A DNA stretch of 64,000 nt from NCBI GenBank assembly GCA_963662665.2, contig CAXXJS010000040.1, positions 128,001 to 192,000 on the forward strand. Direction: 5' to 3'. The number at the start of each line of letters is the position of its first letter. Positions within the stretch are counted from its first letter, which is position 1. This DNA comes from Candidatus Latescibacterota bacterium. Lineage in GTDB: Bacteria; Latescibacterota; UBA2968; GCA-2709665. The notes below the pieces were generated by a model. It was not told the origin of the DNA, ran no database searches, and worked only from the letters and a program-made list of their open reading frames with translations. The translations under genes were made by a program, and so were the position numbers. This document shows, piece after piece, positions 1 through 8,296 of the stretch.

Positions 1-67
1 GGTCAGTGTGAACAAGGCGGTCGCCGAGGGCTATCAGCAGTTGCGCAGCGGCAGCGTCAGTACGAGC
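1..67 (+). pseudogene. 5' fragment (cut by window edge) of class-V aminotransferase gene interrupted by IS21 element
   Basis: Frame 2 reads VSVNKAVAEGYQQLRSGSVSTS. Removing the IS and one CGAGC copy joins it in frame to DWYNAMAEAE... at 2719. Confidence 0.8.
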
Positions 68-72
68 TGTCA

Positions 73-117
73 ATGATCGGTGTAAAGGCGCCACCCATGA
101 TCGGCTTAAAGGCGCCA
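73..117. repeat. IS21 right-end subterminal repeats (2 copies, 24-bp period)
   Basis: ATGATCGGTGTAAAGGCGCCA at 73 and ATGATCGGCTTAAAGGCGCCA at 97. Confidence 0.85.
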
Positions 118-159
118 GTGAGCGAGGGTCAAAAAGGGGGTCTCAGACGGGACATGTAA

Positions 160-939
160 TTAGGGTTTGGTGACCTCCTTTGCAAGGGTGATTTTGTGTG
201 GTGTATGTAGGGGACGCGGAGACCGATAGCTGTTTCCGTCGAGGATGATACGGTAGGCGGCGTGTCGCAGTCGGTCGAGTGTTGCAGCGCCGAGGAGTCG
301 ATTGGAGAAGGCGTTACCCCACTCGTTGAAGTCGAGGTTGGAGGTGACGATAGTGGCAGCGCGTTCATAGCGTTCGGCGATGAGGTCATGGAAGTCGTCC
401 TCGTGCGGCGGGCTAAGGGGTCGGAGTCCGAAGTCATCGATGACGAGGAGGGGGACCTTGGCCAGGGCGTGGAAACGGCGATCGAAGGTATGGGTGGCTC
501 TGGCGGCGTGCAGGTGTCCCAACAGTTTGGTTTGTGTGTAGAAGAGCACATCGTAGCCGTTGCGGACGGCGCAGTGACCTAAGGCCTGGGCGATGTGGCT
601 TTTGCCAGTGCCGCAGGGTCCGGCGATGAGGACAGCGACCTTCTCGTGGATGAAGTGGCAGGACGCCAGTTCCTGGATTTGCGCCTGATTGATCTTGGGA
701 TTGAAGGAGAAGTCAAAGCCTTCGAGGGTTTTTTCGTTTCTGAAGCCTGCGCGACGTACTCTGAGGGCGAACTTTTTCTGTTCGCGTCTTGCGACTTCGT
801 CCTGGATGAGTAAGGCGAGGAACTCAGCATAGGACAACTGTTTTTCGGTGGCCTCGCGGTTTCTTGTCGGCAGGGATTCGACGATGCCGGACAAACGCAG
901 TTGTTTGAGCAAGGGCGCCAGCTCAGGCATGGGGTTCAT
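160..939 (-). CDS. istB: IS21 helper AAA+ ATPase IstB
   Basis: Walker A GPCGTGKS, Walker B LLVIDD, TSN and LDRL motifs. ATG (MNPMPEL) overlaps the istA stop as ATGA. Confidence 0.95.
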   Translation of the reverse strand: MNPMPELAPLLKQLRLSGIVESLPTRNREATEKQLSYAEFLALLIQDEVARREQKKFALRVRRAGFRNEKTLEGFDFSFNPKINQAQIQELASCHFIHEKVAVLIAGPCGTGKSHIAQALGHCAVRNGYDVLFYTQTKLLGHLHAARATHTFDRRFHALAKVPLLVIDDFGLRPLSPPHEDDFHDLIAERYERAATIVTSNLDFNEWGNAFSNRLLGAATLDRLRHAAYRIILDGNSYRSPRPLHTPHKITLAKEVTKP

Positions 940-2510
940 GGCCGTGTCTCCTTGGAATGGGCAGCGTTGTCTATGTGATGGAACAGATCGGTTGTCTCTC
1001 TGCAAAAAAGCCCAGCGCCTTTATAGACGTCAGGCAGCTTATCGGGCGTGTTTGGTGTGTCGGGCTGCTGGTCGAGTCCCCGATCCAGGATGGTTTTGAC
1101 GGTGCGATACAGGGGACTGTCGAAAGCCAATGCGCGGGCGCAGGCGGCTTCCAGGCGTGCGGGGCCATAGCGTTTTTCCATCCCGATGACCCCTTGTGCC
1201 GCGCGTAGCTTGTCGAGGACCCTGTCTGCAAAGAGGCACTCGATGAGCTCCCGGCAGGCCGGCCCGATGCGTTTGGCCTGTTTCAAGCACCATTGCGGAT
1301 CTCGCATCTTGTAGGCCCTGGCGTCGGGTGGCAGATGGTCATCCACAGTGGAACGGGCGCCGGGATTGTGCAGACGGGAATGGGCGGCCACCAGTTGTTG
1401 ATCCTTGTAGATCCGGACCGTGGTTGGTCCTGCCCGCAGCCAGAGGTCGCGGCGCACGAGGCTAAAAGGCACACTGTAGCGGCACTTTTCGAACTGCACG
1501 TGGCAGTCGCCGTGTACTTTGACGGGGGTCCAGGACGCTTCTTCAGGGGGGATATCGGGCAAAGGCGTGAGGAGATGACGCTCGGTTTGCGCAAAGCGGT
1601 TCAGCGGCTTTTCCTGCGTGGTGCCGTGGATGCGGTTGCCGGCGATGGAGAGCACCCATTCTCGAAGTTGTGCATTGGCGTCGGCCACGCTTCGGAAGTC
1701 GCGTAGTGGCAGGAAGTTTCTCTTCACATATTTGACGCCGGCCTCGACGCGTCCCTTCTTCTTGGGGTCTCGTGGGGGACACGGTGAGATGAGAAAGCCA
1801 TAGCCTTCGGCGCAGGCGGCGTAAGCACGCTGCACGCCCGGATCGTAATAACACGCGCGGGTGATGGCGCTCTTGGGGTTATCGATCATCACCCTTTTGG
1901 GAACACCAGCGAAGAACTCGAAGGCGTGGCGGTGGCAAAGCAACCACGTCGCGACCTTCTGGTCGGTGACGAACGCCGCGTATTGGTGACGACTCCAGGC
2001 CAGGACCATGACAAAGACCCAGGTCGAGCAGACCTGGCCCGTATGCACGTCCTGGATGCGTGGACCGGCGCCAAAGTCCACCTGCGCAACATCGCCCGGA
2101 GAGAAACCCAGAACCGTCGTGACCCGCGGATGGGTCTGTTCCAACCCCTGCAGAAAACGGCGGATGGACGAGTAACTGCCGGAAAATCCGTACTTGCAAA
2201 CAAGCGCCTGGTGGATCGTCGTACCCTGGATGCCCTGTCGCCACCAGCGGGTGACTTCCTCCCGATACGGGAGCACCAGGGAAACAGCCGCACGGGTCGA
2301 AGCCAACTCCAACACTTTCGCAAGCGTGGCTTCCTCAGGCACGGGATTGCATAGGTCCAGAAAACCGTGACGAGCAGCAAGGCGGCGCAGTTGACCCACT
2401 TTCTTGCGACCCATCAATCCGGCTTCGGCAATCGCGCGGTCGGACTGTCCCAACCGCATGCGGACAATCACGTGTCGGTATTCGTGCATCTCGAACCTCC
2501 GGTTTGACAT
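936..2510 (-). CDS. istA: IS21 DDE transposase IstA
   Basis: AQVDFG, MIDNPK and KGRVEAGV (DDE) motifs, NRIHGTT, and a C-terminal YSVP beta-barrel region. Confidence 0.95.
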   Translation of the reverse strand: MSNRRFEMHEYRHVIVRMRLGQSDRAIAEAGLMGRKKVGQLRRLAARHGFLDLCNPVPEEATLAKVLELASTRAAVSLVLPYREEVTRWWRQGIQGTTIHQALVCKYGFSGSYSSIRRFLQGLEQTHPRVTTVLGFSPGDVAQVDFGAGPRIQDVHTGQVCSTWVFVMVLAWSRHQYAAFVTDQKVATWLLCHRHAFEFFAGVPKRVMIDNPKSAITRACYYDPGVQRAYAACAEGYGFLISPCPPRDPKKKGRVEAGVKYVKRNFLPLRDFRSVADANAQLREWVLSIAGNRIHGTTQEKPLNRFAQTERHLLTPLPDIPPEEASWTPVKVHGDCHVQFEKCRYSVPFSLVRRDLWLRAGPTTVRIYKDQQLVAAHSRLHNPGARSTVDDHLPPDARAYKMRDPQWCLKQAKRIGPACRELIECLFADRVLDKLRAAQGVIGMEKRYGPARLEAACARALAFDSPLYRTVKTILDRGLDQQPDTPNTPDKLPDVYKGAGLFCRETTDLFHHIDNAAHSKETRP

Positions 2511-2612
2511 CTTGTATCCCTCCTGACTTGTGCGAATAGTTATCCACTGTGTCGTCAGAAGGTAAACAACGATGAACGGAATGCCCGAGACCCCTTTTCC
2601 GGTTACCTCACA

Positions 2613-2713
2613 TGGCGCTATTACGGCGATCCTCGCGTGGCGCCATTATGGCGATCCTCACGTGGCGCCATTATGGCGATCCCCAAATGGCTCCATATGC
2701 CCGATCACTAACA
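2613..2713. repeat. IS21 left-end subterminal repeats (4 copies, 25-bp period), probable transposase binding sites
   Basis: TGGCGCCATTATGGCGATC-like units at 2613, 2638, 2663 and 2688. Confidence 0.85.
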
Positions 2714-3711
2714 CGAGCGACTGGTACAACGCGATGGCCGAGGCCGAGGACGAAGTGCCGGCAAAAATCGCCGCCTTCTTCGGTGCCGATGCAGGGGAAA
2801 TCGCGTTGACGATGAGCACCGGCGAAGGGTACGGCATGGTGCTCGGCGGGCTGCGGTGGCAACCGGGAGACAAGGTTCTCATTACCAATCAGGAACATCC
2901 GGTACCCCTTCAGGCCGCCCAGGGCCTGGCGGACCGTGAAGGGGCGATCGTCAAGGTGGTCGAGATCGACCAGGATAAGGACCTTTTTCTCGCCCGACTG
3001 GAGCAAACGATCACCCCGCGTACCCGGCTGATCTGTTTCAGCCATGTCACGACGGATTGGGGGACCCGGTTGCCCGCCCGCGAGATCTGCGGGCTGGCGC
3101 GGTCCCGCGGCATTCTCACGCTCTGGGATGGCTGCCAGGCCGTCGGGCAGTTTCCGGTGGACCTGCATGAAACAGGCTGCGACTTCTACGCCACCAATTG
3201 CTACAAATGGATGCTCTCGCCGATGGGTACTGGATTTCTCTACGTCAGGAAAGACGCGCAGCAAGTCTTGAAGCCGCTGCGGCAACCGCACGCTCCCGAT
3301 GGTACTGCCCGGCAGTACGAGACGGGAACGCCGGCGGTCGCGCTCTACCTGGGTCTCGGCGCGGGTCTCGATTTTCTGGCCGGCATCGGCGGGCCGCGGG
3401 CCATCGCCACGGAGGCGGGACGAAAAGCGGAATCGCTGCGCGAACGCTTCGACGCCATTCCCGGCGTGCGGGTCATCGGCTCACGCCGCGCCGAAACCCG
3501 GACCGGCATCGTCGCTTTCGCTGTCGAGGGCATGGAAGGGAACGAAGTATCTGACGCACTCCGGAACCGCTGGCAAATCGCCCAACGGGCTACCAACATC
3601 AACGAACCATCCGGTGTGCGGATTTCGGTGGCGTTCTACACCAGCAATTCGGAGCTGGATACGCTGGTCGAAGCGGTCACGATCCTGGCGGGCGAGAATG
3701 GGAATCGGTAA
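2714..3711 (+). pseudogene. 3' part of class-V PLP aminotransferase / cysteine desulfurase-like gene disrupted by IS21
   Basis: EHP, SHV, DGCQAVG and NCYKW (PLP lysine) motifs, and RISVAFY. N-terminus is separated by the IS. Confidence 0.85.
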
Positions 3712-3955
3712 CAGGTAAAACGCTGATTCCTTTCACCTTTGCGGTAAGTCGGCACGCCGCGTCGTGGTCAGCCGGAGGAGCCGGAGACGGTCTTGTATTG
3801 TGCTTCCTCTTTTCCACGCCACAACACCCCAATGATAAGACCCCGGATTCCAATTTCCCCTCGTCCCAACCATCCGACACCCTGGTCGCACGTTGCTTCA
3901 CGAGTTCCAGGTTCATGTTCGCAGCCTTGTTCAACCCGGCTGACAAAATTGCTTC

Positions 3956-4060
3956 TTGATCTATTCACGCCTTTCCTGTAGATTGTCACGTCGCTCTCAT
4001 TCGACAAATAGACGCTCTGTTAACCGTCAATTGGCCGCTAACGTATCCGACAAATGGACG
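3956..4060 (+). promoter_or_regulatory. Sigma70-like promoter plus three phased operator-like palindromes
   Basis: TTGATC-N17-TAGATT (3956-3984). CGWCAAWTRGMCG units at 4002, 4025 and 4048 (23-bp period); the last contains the ATG. Confidence 0.65.
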
Positions 4061-5301
4061 CCAACCGTTCCCTGTTTCCCCGCTCGTTGGAACCCGTCAT
4101 CCGGGAGGCCCTGGCCGACACGCCGGTGGTCTGCCTGCTCGGACCGCGGCAGTGCGGGAAAACAACGCTCGTGCAGCAACTTGCGCCGAACCGTGCATAC
4201 GTCAGCCTGGATGAGCATAACTACCATCAGACCGCCCTGGCGGATCCCGCCGGTTTCGTCGCCAGCCTGCCGGATGCGGTCACATTGGACGAGGTGCAAC
4301 GGGCGCCTGAACTGCTCCCCGCCATCAAGCTTGCCGTGGACCAGGACCGCCGTCCCGGTCGTTTCGTGCTCACCGGCTCGGCCAATCTGTTGCTGGTGCC
4401 GTCCGTAACTGAATCCCTGACCGGCCGGATGGAAATTGCGCAGTTGCATCCATTGACGGAATCCGAAAAAGCGCGCGCGCCGGGTCGCTTCCTCAGCGAC
4501 CTGCTGAACGGCGCGATCAAGCCGGGCATCCGGCCCGAGGCGGCGCCCGAAGAGCCGTCGCTGCCGGAGCGGCTGGTCGCCGGCGGCTATCCCGAGCCGC
4601 TGACGCGCCCGCCCGTCCGCTCCCGGCAATGGCACAGGCAGTATCTGCGCAGCATCATCGATCGGGACGTGCAGGACGTGGCGCGGGTGAGAGATGCACG
4701 CGAACTGGCTCGCCTGTTGGAGCTGTTGGCCCTTCGTAGCGCCGGAATATTGAACACCAGCAATCTGGCCAATACCCTCGGCCTGCACCGGTCGACAGTC
4801 GATACCTACGTCGCCGTGCTCGAGCGGCTCTTTCTGGTGCGACGCCTTCCCGCGTGGCACCGCAACCCGGCCAAGCGGCTCATCAGAACACCCAAGGTCC
4901 ATCTCCTCGATACCGGACTGGCTGCAACCCTCGCCAACCTGACCGCGTACGACTGGCTCGGCAGGAGGGACCGCATGGGACATCTGTTGGAGTCCTTTGT
5001 GGTGCAGCAACTCATTGCACAGGCCGCCTGGACGGAACCGGATTTGCGTTTCTGGCACTATCGCGACAAGGATCGCGTGGAAGTCGATATAGTCATTACC
5101 CGGGGCCGGAAGACATGGGGTATTGAAGTCAAAGCCTCCCGTGCGCTCACCCCCGGAGACGGAAATGGGCTCGTCAGGCTCGCAGATCGTTGCGGCGAGG
5201 ATTTCGAGTCCGGTGTGCTTCTCTACGCCGGCCGCGATCGCCTCCCGCTTGCCGACGAGCGAATTCTCGCGGTGCCGTTGAGCGAATTGTGGGAGCGGTA
5301 G
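4054..5301 (+). CDS. AAA+ ATPase (AAA_14) with DUF4143 / PD-(D/E)xK-like C-terminal domain
   Basis: GPRQCGKT, LDEVQ, LTGS, GGYPE, PKVHLLDTG and EVD...IEVK motifs. Confidence 0.9.
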   Translation: MDANRSLFPRSLEPVIREALADTPVVCLLGPRQCGKTTLVQQLAPNRAYVSLDEHNYHQTALADPAGFVASLPDAVTLDEVQRAPELLPAIKLAVDQDRRPGRFVLTGSANLLLVPSVTESLTGRMEIAQLHPLTESEKARAPGRFLSDLLNGAIKPGIRPEAAPEEPSLPERLVAGGYPEPLTRPPVRSRQWHRQYLRSIIDRDVQDVARVRDARELARLLELLALRSAGILNTSNLANTLGLHRSTVDTYVAVLERLFLVRRLPAWHRNPAKRLIRTPKVHLLDTGLAATLANLTAYDWLGRRDRMGHLLESFVVQQLIAQAAWTEPDLRFWHYRDKDRVEVDIVITRGRKTWGIEVKASRALTPGDGNGLVRLADRCGEDFESGVLLYAGRDRLPLADERILAVPLSELWER

Positions 5302-5349
5302 GGCCTGCAAGCACACAGCACTGCTCGGCCCGGCTGATCGACACGTCTC

Positions 5350-5487
5350 TTGATTGCGGGGACCATATCTTGTAGATTACACGTCGCAGATATTCAGCAA
5401 ACAGACAGGCCTTTAACCGACAATTAGACGCTCTACTAATCGACAAACGGACGCCATTTCAACCGACAATTGGACGATAGCCGTTCC
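5350..5487 (+). promoter_or_regulatory. Orphan duplicate of the AAA+ gene promoter, operator array and first codons
   Basis: TTGATT-N17-TAGATT. Four units at 5395, 5418, 5441 and 5464 (23-bp period). TTGGACGATAGCCGTTCC parallels the gene start ATGGACGCCAACCGTTCC. Confidence 0.7.
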
Positions 5488-5636
5488 GCGGGCTGCGAAA
5501 GCTGACGATTGCCCGTTATTGAAGGCTCGATGTTCGCTTCATACGTTTGAGGCGACGGTCCAGCGACTGTACCGCAAACTGCCAGTTCGCGGTACCGGAT
5601 CAAGCACTTCATCGTTGATTCACGCCATGCCACGTT

Positions 5637-5661
5637 GCAGGGGCGTCCCTTGTGGGCGCCC
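5637..5661 (+). repeat. REP-like palindrome (GTAG-type, here GCAG head)
   Basis: GCAG-GGGCGTCC-CTTGT-GGGCGCCC hairpin, resembling GTAG-headed REP elements. Confidence 0.5.
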
Positions 5662-5732
5662 GTCCACATGAAATCAAGGAGTTGGCTGACGGCTGTACGC
5701 TCACTGCTGATTGCTTACCTATGGAGTCCTCT

Positions 5733-7145
5733 ATGAAATATGTCCCCGACCTCCGTCCGCACGCCCTGATCGTACTGGGCGCAGTCTTGTTTCTGTCCGC
5801 CCTGCCCGGCAATGCGAGCCCCGCGGACGGATCCCCGTTGACCCTCGAGGCGGCCCTGAGGCAGGCCCTGGCCAACAACCGGCAGTTGGCGGCAGCCGGA
5901 TTCGCCGCTGAAAAAGCGAACTGGGACCGCAGGAACGCGTGGTCGCAATTCGCGCCAAGGGTGAGCTTCAATACGGAGGTGACGCGGATTGACGAACAGA
6001 CGCTGGCGGAGCGGGACTTTTCCAGGTACTTTCCACCCGAGATCCCCGTACCGCGGGTGGCGTTCCGGACCTCGTACTATTCGTCGTTCCAGGCGCACCT
6101 CCCGATCTTCGACGCGGAGTTGATCAACGGCGTTGCCGTCGCGACCACCGGACAGGCCGCGGCCGAACGGACTCGAGAGGCCATCCGCGATCGAATCCTC
6201 TATCAGGTCACTTTCGGGTACCTGGAGGTGCTGAAACGCCGCGCGACGCTCGAACTTCAGCGGGAATTCCTCGTCCTGACCGGCCTGAACGTAGAGAAAG
6301 CCGAGAGGATGCACCGCGCAGGGAGATATTCGAAGCTGGACCTGCTGCGGTGGCAGGTGGAACACCAGCAGCAGAAGAGCAGCGTGGCCGCGGGCGAGTC
6401 TGCCTTGCGCGATGCAACGGTTCGTCTGCGCAGGCTGCTCAACCTTCGTACGCTGGACTCGGATGCGCTGGCGGACGTCGTCCCGGGCGTTCTCAACGCG
6501 GAGGCCGCGCGGCTGGCGAATCTGTCTGAAGGTGAAATCCGGCGGCTGGCGGGCGTAGAGAACCGGACGCTGGTTGCAGGGAACGCGGTGCTGGCAGCGG
6601 CGGAACGGGACCGGGAACGCAGCCGCCTGGTCTACCGGGGGCAGTACTCGAGTTACCTGCCCGACGTCTCTCTCAGCTACTCGACGGCCTGGCGCAGAAA
6701 CGATACGCCGGCGCTGGACGACTACAGACCCTCGACGATCATGCTCAATATGTCGGTTCCGCTGTTTACCGGATTCCGTAACCTCTCGCGCCTGAAATCG
6801 GCGCAGTTCAGCTATCTGGCACAGGATTCACGCTTTTCCGATCTGGTAGACGAAACCCGGCAGTCGCTAGGTGAGACGGTCAACCGGATCGTCAACCTGA
6901 AAAATCAGCGCGAACTGATCTCGACCAGTCTTGCTTACAATGAAAACAACTATCGGATCGTCTCCCGGGAAAAGACACTGGGGCGGGCATCGAATCTGGA
7001 CGTCATCGATGCGAAGCTGAATCTGCAGAACGCCCGATTGCTGGAGATCACAACGCGATTCGACCTCACCTCAACGGCGGTCGAATTTCACTTCCTGATG
7101 GGCAGCCTCGACGGACTGTTCGAGGAAATGGTGGAGTCAGAATGA
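5733..7145 (+). CDS. TolC-family outer membrane efflux protein
   Basis: Signal peptide, LTLEAALRQALANN, YLPDVSL and VPLFTG motifs. GGAG RBS before ATG 5733. Confidence 0.88.
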   Translation: MKYVPDLRPHALIVLGAVLFLSALPGNASPADGSPLTLEAALRQALANNRQLAAAGFAAEKANWDRRNAWSQFAPRVSFNTEVTRIDEQTLAERDFSRYFPPEIPVPRVAFRTSYYSSFQAHLPIFDAELINGVAVATTGQAAAERTREAIRDRILYQVTFGYLEVLKRRATLELQREFLVLTGLNVEKAERMHRAGRYSKLDLLRWQVEHQQQKSSVAAGESALRDATVRLRRLLNLRTLDSDALADVVPGVLNAEAARLANLSEGEIRRLAGVENRTLVAGNAVLAAAERDRERSRLVYRGQYSSYLPDVSLSYSTAWRRNDTPALDDYRPSTIMLNMSVPLFTGFRNLSRLKSAQFSYLAQDSRFSDLVDETRQSLGETVNRIVNLKNQRELISTSLAYNENNYRIVSREKTLGRASNLDVIDAKLNLQNARLLEITTRFDLTSTAVEFHFLMGSLDGLFEEMVESE

Positions 7146-8251
7146 AACACGGGAATGCAGCAACCATCGCCGCGCTCGCGCTCTGTACCTGCGTGCTGTC
7201 GTGCGGGCCGCGGGAGGACGCCGATACGGGCGGGCGGGCCGACCAGGGCGTGGATACGCTCCGGGCCGTACCCGTCGAAGCCAGGGTCGTGCGACGGAAA
7301 CGCGTGGAGGAGTCGGTCGAAGTCGCGGGCGTTATTCAGCCGCACGGCGCGGTGGACGTGGTCGCCGAGACCGGCGGGCGCCTGACGGACGTCAGGGCCG
7401 AGGTCGGCGGGCGGGTATCGGCGGGGGACACCCTGGCCGTTATCGACGACCGCGTGGCCCGGAGCCGCCTGGAACATGCCATAGCGCAGGTCCTATCCTC
7501 GGAAAATAAACTGAATATCGCGCGATTGAATTTCGAAAGCGACCGGCAGCTTCTGGATTCCGGTGACATCTCCAGGCTGGCGTTCGAGACGTCCCGGTTT
7601 GCCGTCAAGTCCGCGGAGGCCGAATTGAAATCGAACCAGGCCGAACTGAGTCGTGCGCAAAAAGGGTTTGAAGACACCCGGCTGATGAGCCCGATCGACG
7701 GATGGGTATCCAGAAAGCACGTCGAGCCTGGAGCGATGATATCCACCGGCGCACCGGCCTATCGGGTTGTCAATCTGACAACCATGAAGATCGCCCTGGG
7801 AATCCCCCAATCGGCCATCGGCCGCATCCAGGCAGGCGGCCCCGTACGCATTGCCGTATCGGCGCTGGGTCACCGGGGGTTCGATGGTTACGTCCGCTAC
7901 GTCTCCCCGCAGGCCGAAGAGGAAACCGGAGCGTTTCCCGTTGAAGTCCACGTGGCCAACACGACCGATACGTCGATCCGCGGGGGAATGTCGGCCCGCT
8001 GCCGTGTGATGCTGGGCGGATCGAGTCCTCAGATCGTTGTTCCCGGCAACACGGTCCTCGCACGAAACGGCAAAGAGCATGTCTATCGGATCCGGAAGGG
8101 CATCGCGCGCCTCACCGAGGTAACAACCCGCGAAACGTTTGGCTCGCGGGTTTCGGTGGAAACCGGGCTCGCGGAGGGGGACACGATTGTCGTTGGTGGC
8201 ATGCTGCGTCTGGGCGTGGAAACTCCCGTGACGATTCGCGCCTTTCGGTGA
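7142..8251 (+). CDS. RND efflux periplasmic adaptor (MFP), lipoprotein
   Basis: Lipobox-like VLSC, SPIDG, GLAEGDTIVV. ATGA overlap with the TolC-family gene. Confidence 0.9.
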   Translation: MKHGNAATIAALALCTCVLSCGPREDADTGGRADQGVDTLRAVPVEARVVRRKRVEESVEVAGVIQPHGAVDVVAETGGRLTDVRAEVGGRVSAGDTLAVIDDRVARSRLEHAIAQVLSSENKLNIARLNFESDRQLLDSGDISRLAFETSRFAVKSAEAELKSNQAELSRAQKGFEDTRLMSPIDGWVSRKHVEPGAMISTGAPAYRVVNLTTMKIALGIPQSAIGRIQAGGPVRIAVSALGHRGFDGYVRYVSPQAEEETGAFPVEVHVANTTDTSIRGGMSARCRVMLGGSSPQIVVPGNTVLARNGKEHVYRIRKGIARLTEVTTRETFGSRVSVETGLAEGDTIVVGGMLRLGVETPVTIRAFR

Positions 8252-8296
8252 GTCGAACGGACAGCGTAAGGATCCGGCACATGAGGCATTCCTGAT

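Larger units (their letters stand above)
68..2713 (-). mobile_element. Complete IS21-family insertion sequence (2646 bp)
   Basis: TG...CA termini. Imperfect terminal IRs TGTCAATGATCGG / reverse complement TGTTAGTGATCGG. Direct repeat CGAGC at 63-67 and 2714-2718. Contains istA and istB. Confidence 0.95.

Noticed and set aside
2613-2713. 25-bp tandem repeats as CRISPR or iterons
   Set aside because: They lie within the IS21 terminus and match the other end, as is normal for IS21 subterminal repeats.
3720-3950. Short ORFs and low-complexity CCA-rich tract in the intergenic region
   Set aside because: No coding motifs, RBS or clear repeat unit that can be supported.
4027-5316. 429-aa antisense ORF (similarly 14389-15414, 15529-16572, 38896-40308, 51666-52739, 54890-56341)
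   Set aside because: Shadow ORFs opposite well-supported genes, expected from high-GC codon bias; no motifs.
5395-5476. Periodic repeats as a mini CRISPR array
   Set aside because: 13-bp degenerate boxes with 10-bp spacers are far too short and there are no cas genes. They fit operator sites better.
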